Assembly: GCA_003599865.1 (NCBI GenBank)
Contig: QZKS01000095.1
Location: 55,248 to 79,247, forward strand
DNA: 24,000 nucleotides
Reading direction: 5' to 3'
DNA from: Desulfobacteraceae bacterium
GTDB lineage: Bacteria > Desulfobacterota > Desulfobacteria > Desulfobacterales > SURF-7
Shown here: positions 18,910 to 24,000 of the stretch, in pieces
Layout of the letters: each line of letters starts with the position of its first letter
How positions within the stretch are numbered: the first letter of the stretch is position 1
Program-made: the position numbers and the translations under genes
The notes under the pieces: model-generated
Database searches by the model: none
What the model was told of the DNA's origin: nothing
The model's input: the letters and a program-made list of their open reading frames with translations, nothing else

Positions 18910-21379
18910 TTTTTTCCCCTTTTTTCAGCCAGCCTGTTTCCGGAGAAAAAGATTCCCATTCGGGTTTGTGCATGGTGTTGTAAACCACGGTAAACATAAG
19001 AGACAGAATATCATATACGGTCAATTTTACATACGGTTCGTCCAGTTGGGAACAAAAATCTTGTAATACCATATTGTGGTATTTCAAATGTTCAAGAGCC
19101 TGAAGGACCTTGAGCTGTTCCGCCTTGTCCTGTGCCATCGAACCGTTTTGTTCTTTCCGTTTTGATTTCAGCGCAAGAATTTGTTTGTAAGGGGCTGTGA
19201 TCAATTGTTGACGGTCCTGATCACCGGAAAATGCGGTCTGGGATTGAATATACTGTTGAATGGTGTTGATCAGTTCCTGATTTGTCTGAAACACTTCTCT
19301 TCGAAACAGGGTCTTTACCGTTTCAGGCAGTTTCAGTTTCAGAGACTGCAGATCAGATGCATTTTTGTGGATCCGGGTGGTGAAATCTTCAGCGGCGCGT
19401 CGCCAGAACATCCGGCTGATCTCTTTAATGATTGTCTCCGGTTTTTTCTTGTTCGCCACGGCTTGATGGATGGTTTTGACAATGTTTGGAAGCAGTTTGC
19501 CTGTATTTTGAAACAGTGTTTTTCCCATTGTCGTTTTATAGATCATTCCAATGGTTGCCTGCCAGTCCTGAAGGTGCAGGATACGCGGCAGATTATGGTA
19601 AACCAGTGACAGCGTCCGGTTGTCAAACAGATGAGTGGGGGTTGCATAGTTCGGTGTCCCCCCAAGCTGAGGCTGGGGAATTTTTCGTTCATTCGAATCA
19701 TCATAATCCACGGCGGTTTCCACATCGATCAGACCGATGCTGAATTTTTCAACGGAAGTCAGGAATTGGGGATATTCCGTTGGTTCGCCGGCAACCAGCA
19801 GGTTGTCCGGCTTGAGGTCCCGCATGGCAATTTTCTTTTCCCCCAGCCAGGAAAGCAGCGTGAGGAGGTTTATGGAGATGTTTTCCAATTGCGAACGGCT
19901 CCGGGCAAAGCTGATATTGCGAACATATTTGAGGACCACCTTTTTATACAGGGCTATTTCCTTTGCGTTCCGTTGAAACAGTTCATCTGCAAGCTTGTCT
20001 ATGTGATCCGCCAGTACGGGAGAAACAAGTTTTTCATCAGGTTTGATGGTATTTCCGGCCAGGTATAATAAATACCAGTTCTTGATTTGATACGGCGGTA
20101 CGGAAACCGGAGGATCCTGTGCCATCAGCCGGTTCCGGATTTCTGTTTCAAAATCCGTATGGATTTCCTGCATCTTATCGCAGATTTTGGCGGTCGACAG
20201 CCCATACCGTCCGGAAAATCCTTGCAAATCCCATATGATACCCGGATTGCGGAGGATTTCTTCATTTGCTTTCTGGCCCAGATCATGAAGGTTATCCAGG
20301 ATATGACCCAGGAAAAAATATTTTGAAAGATCCATGAAAAAAACAAAGCTTCCTCCTATTTTCAGATATTCCTGAAGGGCAGGGCGTTTTTCAAGAAGAC
20401 GGATATATTTTTCTTCCAGTTTTTCCGGAGCGATATTGTCCCCTCCCGGAAAGGTATAGACCCTTTGCAGGATGACGGAGATTTTGGGAACAATGCACTG
20501 TTTGGGGGCGAGTTTGTCTACAATGCGGCCGTCACTTTTAATGGAGTCGATATACCCCTGAAAATCATTCAGGGGTTTGGGGGGGATTTTGATGACCATA
20601 TGCACATCATAAATGACATAAAAGCATTTGCTTTTGCTGCCGCTTTCTTCACCAAGGGGGCCGATGCTCATTCTTCGTTTGACCCATTCCCCATTGTGCA
20701 GGATGCGCAGTTGATAGATCCGGTTGGATCCGATGGTTCTGGCCTCGACCGGAAACAGCTCCGCCGGCGCATCCGGCCCTGCCCCTGTCTGGAGTCGGAA
20801 TAAATCAAGGAAAAATCTTGCGATTCGGAGCGTGTCTGAAATATCCTGTTCTTCCTCTTTCTTTTTTTGAACAGCAACACCGGATTCCCGACTTTTTTTT
20901 TCGTTTGGGATCTTTCTTTTCTGTTTCTTATGGTCGGCAAATCGCCTGCGTACAACAAGATAAACTACCGGAATGAGGATGAGAAGAGGCAGCCATGATA
21001 AGTTCTTTTGGAAAATTTTTGCAAACCCGTCCTGTATCCGGTTTGCGTCCGTTTTATCGGATGGAATGAGGTTTTTGAATTTCTCTTTTGCAAGGGTTGC
21101 ATAACCGGACAGGTACTTCTCTCCGTTGGTTGTTTCCGTGGCATCACCATAGCCGATATATTCCACATCCTCCTTGGGCAGCACCTTGGTGATGCCGTCC
21201 TGCCGATAATAAACCAGTTTTTCCCCATCCGTTATTTCTTCAGCGATAATGATACGCGTGTCCTTTAAATAGAGAATGTCTTTTTGAGTCTTCCATTCAT
21301 AGCGCAGAAACAACAGGGCGCTTGTGGTGATGATTCCAAGAATCAGAAACAGCAGAAATAGAGTGCTTTTTTTTATCAT
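18899..21379 (-). CDS. membrane-anchored divergent Ser/Thr protein kinase-like protein
   Basis: Two N-terminal TM segments (TLFLLFLILGIITTSALLFLRY; LPLLILIPVVYLVV); IKI lysine (20588-20590); catalytic loop AMRDLKPDNLLV (19802-19822); DVE in place of DFG (19718-19726); LGGTPNYATP activation segment; DWQATIGMIYKTTMGKTLF. Confidence 0.78.
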   Translation of the reverse strand: MIKKSTLFLLFLILGIITTSALLFLRYEWKTQKDILYLKDTRIIIAEEITDGEKLVYYRQDGITKVLPKEDVEYIGYGDATETTNGEKYLSGYATLAKEKFKNLIPSDKTDANRIQDGFAKIFQKNLSWLPLLILIPVVYLVVRRRFADHKKQKRKIPNEKKSRESGVAVQKKKEEEQDISDTLRIARFFLDLFRLQTGAGPDAPAELFPVEARTIGSNRIYQLRILHNGEWVKRRMSIGPLGEESGSKSKCFYVIYDVHMVIKIPPKPLNDFQGYIDSIKSDGRIVDKLAPKQCIVPKISVILQRVYTFPGGDNIAPEKLEEKYIRLLEKRPALQEYLKIGGSFVFFMDLSKYFFLGHILDNLHDLGQKANEEILRNPGIIWDLQGFSGRYGLSTAKICDKMQEIHTDFETEIRNRLMAQDPPVSVPPYQIKNWYLLYLAGNTIKPDEKLVSPVLADHIDKLADELFQRNAKEIALYKKVVLKYVRNISFARSRSQLENISINLLTLLSWLGEKKIAMRDLKPDNLLVAGEPTEYPQFLTSVEKFSIGLIDVETAVDYDDSNERKIPQPQLGGTPNYATPTHLFDNRTLSLVYHNLPRILHLQDWQATIGMIYKTTMGKTLFQNTGKLLPNIVKTIHQAVANKKKPETIIKEISRMFWRRAAEDFTTRIHKNASDLQSLKLKLPETVKTLFRREVFQTNQELINTIQQYIQSQTAFSGDQDRQQLITAPYKQILALKSKRKEQNGSMAQDKAEQLKVLQALEHLKYHNMVLQDFCSQLDEPYVKLTVYDILSLMFTVVYNTMHKPEWESFSPETGWLKKGEKNGI

Positions 21380-21557
21380 GGTTCCGGGGTTGTTGTTTTC
21401 TCGTCTGTTGATGATGCCAATGCAGGTCATATATCTGTATTTTAAGATTTATGTCAAATGATAATCCATCCGGTTCCGACTTTTTACAGGCATATCGGAT
21501 TCCTATGTCAATACCTTATCCTGCCTGGTAAAGAGCTTATATCCGATGGGCTTTACA

Positions 21558-21586
21558 TTGACATTTACATTTGAAAAAGATATTCT
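21558..21586 (+). promoter_or_regulatory. candidate sigma70 promoter for the lexA-imuB-dnaE2 cassette
   Basis: TTGACA (21558-21563), 17-nt spacer, TATTCT (21581-21586). Confidence 0.6.
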
Positions 21587-21718
21587 GCCGGATATCGCAA
21601 TCACGACAGATACCATAAAGCGCGATCTTTCGGGATGAAACGTTTTGAGCTTCGGAAATCCGGGGTGCCAATACATGACAGGAAGATGGCCGGATCTCAG
21701 AAAACGGAAGGAATGATG

Positions 21719-22390
21719 ATGGATGAATTGACGCCCAGACAGCAATTGTTTTTTAATTATCTGGAAAGAGAAATCTCCCATACCGGCAAGGCGCCGAGTT
21801 TACGTCAGGCCGCTTCCGATATGGGCGTGAGCCATGCGGCTGTTTCCCAGCTGATGAAGATGCTGGAAGCAAAGGGAATGCTCAGACGGGATGGATTTTA
21901 CAGCCGCAAGATCGTTCTCCTGAACCGTTTTCAGAAGACCGCAGGCCGGATGCGCTGGCGGGAAGTGCCGGTGATCGGGGACATTGCTGCCGGATTACCC
22001 CTGTATGCCCAGCAGGAATGGGCCGGCAGCGTGGTTCTGGATGCGGATATCTATCGGGGCAACAACCTGTTTGCATTGAAGGTCCGGGGGGATTCCATGA
22101 AAAATGCGGCAATTCTGGATGGTGATATCGTCGTCTGTGAGCCGCGACAATTTGCGTCCAACCATGAGATCGTCGTTGCCTTAATTCATCAGGAAGAGGC
22201 AACCGTCAAGCGGTTCTTTTTGAAGGAAAACCGGATTGAACTGCATCCGGAAAATCCGGAGTTTACGGCCATGTCCTATGCATTTGACGAGGTGCTGATC
22301 CAGGGGAAGGTCGTCGGGGTCCAGCGGGGACCGGAGGTCATGGAAAAAATATGTGGGACATATGTATTGAAGAAGTCCGGGAAGGCCTGA
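21719..22390 (+). CDS. lexA: LexA-family S24 autocleaving transcriptional repressor
   Basis: MDELTPRQQLFFNYLEREISHTGKAPSLRQAASDMG; cleavage site IAAG (Ala-Gly at 21989-21994); GDSM catalytic Ser (22094-22096); TVKR catalytic Lys (22208-22210). Confidence 0.9.
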   Translation: MDELTPRQQLFFNYLEREISHTGKAPSLRQAASDMGVSHAAVSQLMKMLEAKGMLRRDGFYSRKIVLLNRFQKTAGRMRWREVPVIGDIAAGLPLYAQQEWAGSVVLDADIYRGNNLFALKVRGDSMKNAAILDGDIVVCEPRQFASNHEIVVALIHQEEATVKRFFLKENRIELHPENPEFTAMSYAFDEVLIQGKVVGVQRGPEVMEKICGTYVLKKSGKA

Positions 22391-22402
22391 AAGTCGGATA
22401 AC

Positions 22403-23587
22403 ATGCCGTCACGATCTATTATCCATCTGAATGTGGCTGATTTTGCCGTAGCGGTGGAGCGTCAGGTAGACTCCCGTTTGCGGAACCGGCCGGTGATCAT
22501 TGCTCCGCAAGCGGCGGTCCGGGCCGCGGTGTATGATATGAGTGAGGAAGCATACCGGCAAGGGGTCCGCAAGGGAATGTCTTTAAAGACCGCCCTTCGT
22601 TACTGTTCCGGCGCCAGGGTGCTGGCCCCGCATCCGGATCGGTATGGGCAGGTCATGATGCAATGCTTCCGGAGGGTCTTGCCTTACTCTCCGCTGGCGG
22701 AACTTACGGATCATAAGGGGCATATTTTTGTGGATGTCACGGGGAGCAGTCGATTGTTCGGACCGCCGCCGGATATTGCCCGGCGCATTCAAAAGGCGTT
22801 TCGTTCGGAGATGGGGCTGGATCCGATCTGGTCGGTGGCAACCAACAAGCTGGTGGCCAAGGTGGCCACCCGTCTGGTCAAACCATCCGGAGAATACATT
22901 GTCCGGGAAGGGGAGGAAGCCTGTTTTTTAAAACCGCTTCCCTTATATCTTGTGCCGGGTATATTACCGGAAGATCTGAAGCAGTTCGGAGAATTCAACC
23001 TGTCAATTGCCGGCCAGGTTGCCGGACTCACCCTGGAGCAGCTGGAGCTGATTTTTGGAAGACGCAGTCAGGGTTTGTACAATCTTGTCCGCGGGATCGA
23101 CCTGTCGCCGGTTCAATCCATTGACCGGAAACAAAAGGCGATCAGTTTTGATCATGAGTTTGGTATCGATACCGGCCAGGTGTCTGTGATGGAAGCGGTG
23201 CTGTACGTTCTGGTGGAAAAGATCGGTTCCCAGCTCCGCAGGCAGGGGCTTTCCGCAAAACGGTTCGGGTTGATCCTGGATTATTCGGATGGCAAGCGGG
23301 TTGTCCGGCAGGCGGTTGTCAAGCCTCCTGCGGCGGATGATTTTTCGTTGTTCTTCGCGGCAAAGCTTGCCCTGCAAAGAGCCTGGACCCGCCGCGTCCG
23401 GATCCGGCACATGACGCTCCGTTGTGACCGGCTTGGATCAGGATCATCACAACTGGATCTTTTTGCCGAATCCCGGGCGGAAAAGGAAAAAAAAGAACAG
23501 TTGATGTGCGCCATGGACCGGATTCGTCAGCGGTTCGGGAACGGTTCGGTCCGGATGGGGCGCGTACTTTCCCTGGATGCGGTATGA
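22403..23587 (+). CDS. imuB: Y-family DNA polymerase-like protein, ImuB-like
   Basis: IIHLNVADFAVAVERQVD...RPVIIAP...AVYDMSEEAYRQGVRKGMSLKTAL...IFVDVTGSSRLFG...ATNKLVAKVAT; beta-clamp motif QLDLF at 23450-23464. Next to dnaE2-like gene. Confidence 0.82.
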   Translation: MPSRSIIHLNVADFAVAVERQVDSRLRNRPVIIAPQAAVRAAVYDMSEEAYRQGVRKGMSLKTALRYCSGARVLAPHPDRYGQVMMQCFRRVLPYSPLAELTDHKGHIFVDVTGSSRLFGPPPDIARRIQKAFRSEMGLDPIWSVATNKLVAKVATRLVKPSGEYIVREGEEACFLKPLPLYLVPGILPEDLKQFGEFNLSIAGQVAGLTLEQLELIFGRRSQGLYNLVRGIDLSPVQSIDRKQKAISFDHEFGIDTGQVSVMEAVLYVLVEKIGSQLRRQGLSAKRFGLILDYSDGKRVVRQAVVKPPAADDFSLFFAAKLALQRAWTRRVRIRHMTLRCDRLGSGSSQLDLFAESRAEKEKKEQLMCAMDRIRQRFGNGSVRMGRVLSLDAV

Positions 23588-24000
23588 TTCTCCTTTCCAT
23601 GCATTCCTGTTATTCCCTGATGTGGGGAACGGCTTCTCCGGAAGAGATCTGCAAAGCGGCAAAAGCAATGGGATATCGGCGGATCGCCCTGACCGACATC
23701 AACAACCTGTATGGCCTGTTCCCTTTTCTGCGGGCATGCCGGCAGGAAGGGCTGATACCCATTATCGGGGCTGAAATGATTGATCCGGGTTCCGGTGAAC
23801 GGGCGGTCTGCCTGGTGGAAAACAGCCGGGGATATAAAAACCTCTGCCGCCTGATCACACGCCGCCATACCGATATTGATTTTCATCTGAAAACAACCCT
23901 TCCGGTCTATTCCGAGGGTCTGGCGGTGCTTGTCCGTACCCCGGAGCTGCTTCGGGATTTTTTTGAATCCGGTGTAACCGTTGCCGCCGCGCTTTCCGGG
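23584..24000 (+). CDS. dnaE2: error-prone DNA polymerase III alpha subunit, DnaE2/ImuC-like (5' part, continues beyond window)
   Basis: ATGA overlap with imuB stop; MILLSMHSCYSLMWGTASPEEICKAAKAMGYRRIALTDINNLYGLFPFLRACRQEGLIPIIGAEMIDPGS...: PHP-domain N-terminus of C-family polymerases, open to the edge. Confidence 0.85.
   Translation, partial: MILLSMHSCYSLMWGTASPEEICKAAKAMGYRRIALTDINNLYGLFPFLRACRQEGLIPIIGAEMIDPGSGERAVCLVENSRGYKNLCRLITRRHTDIDFHLKTTLPVYSEGLAVLVRTPELLRDFFESGVTVAAALSG

Noticed and set aside
1-24000. Possible CRISPR array, tRNA (including selC near selD), toxin-antitoxin or phage-defence cluster
   Set aside because: I saw no spaced direct repeats or cloverleaf-like sequence in the intergenic regions, and no defence-type gene organisation on reading the window.

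Overview
This 24 kb window looks like an ordinary stretch of a deltaproteobacterial/Desulfobacterota-like chromosome. That taxonomic reading is an inference from gene content only. The genes I can support are: an edge-truncated alpha/beta hydrolase, a YrbG-type Ca2+/Na+ antiporter, a secreted LIM-domain protein with a DA1-like HExxH peptidase domain, two FAD oxidoreductases, a DUF2177 protein, a RAYT transposase relic, a parvulin-type PPIase, nth, a PP-loop ATPase, a TPR lipoprotein plus an outer-membrane beta-barrel protein, plsC, nagZ, mltG, an F0-only ATP synthase cluster (atpE, atpB, atpI, atpZ), selD, pgeF, a large membrane-anchored divergent protein kinase, and a lexA-like / imuB-like / dnaE2-like mutagenesis cassette that runs off the right edge. 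The strongest observations are: (1) a bacterial secreted LIM + DA1-like peptidase; (2) selD is itself a selenoprotein gene, with an in-frame UGA followed by an 8-bp bSECIS-like hairpin that the ORF track missed; (3) a divergent two-TM kinase translationally overlapped with pgeF and abutting selD; (4) a compact lexA-imuB-dnaE2 cassette without imuA, whose Y-family protein lacks catalytic carboxylates but keeps a QLDLF clamp motif. I see no CRISPR array, tRNA, rRNA or intact mobile element.
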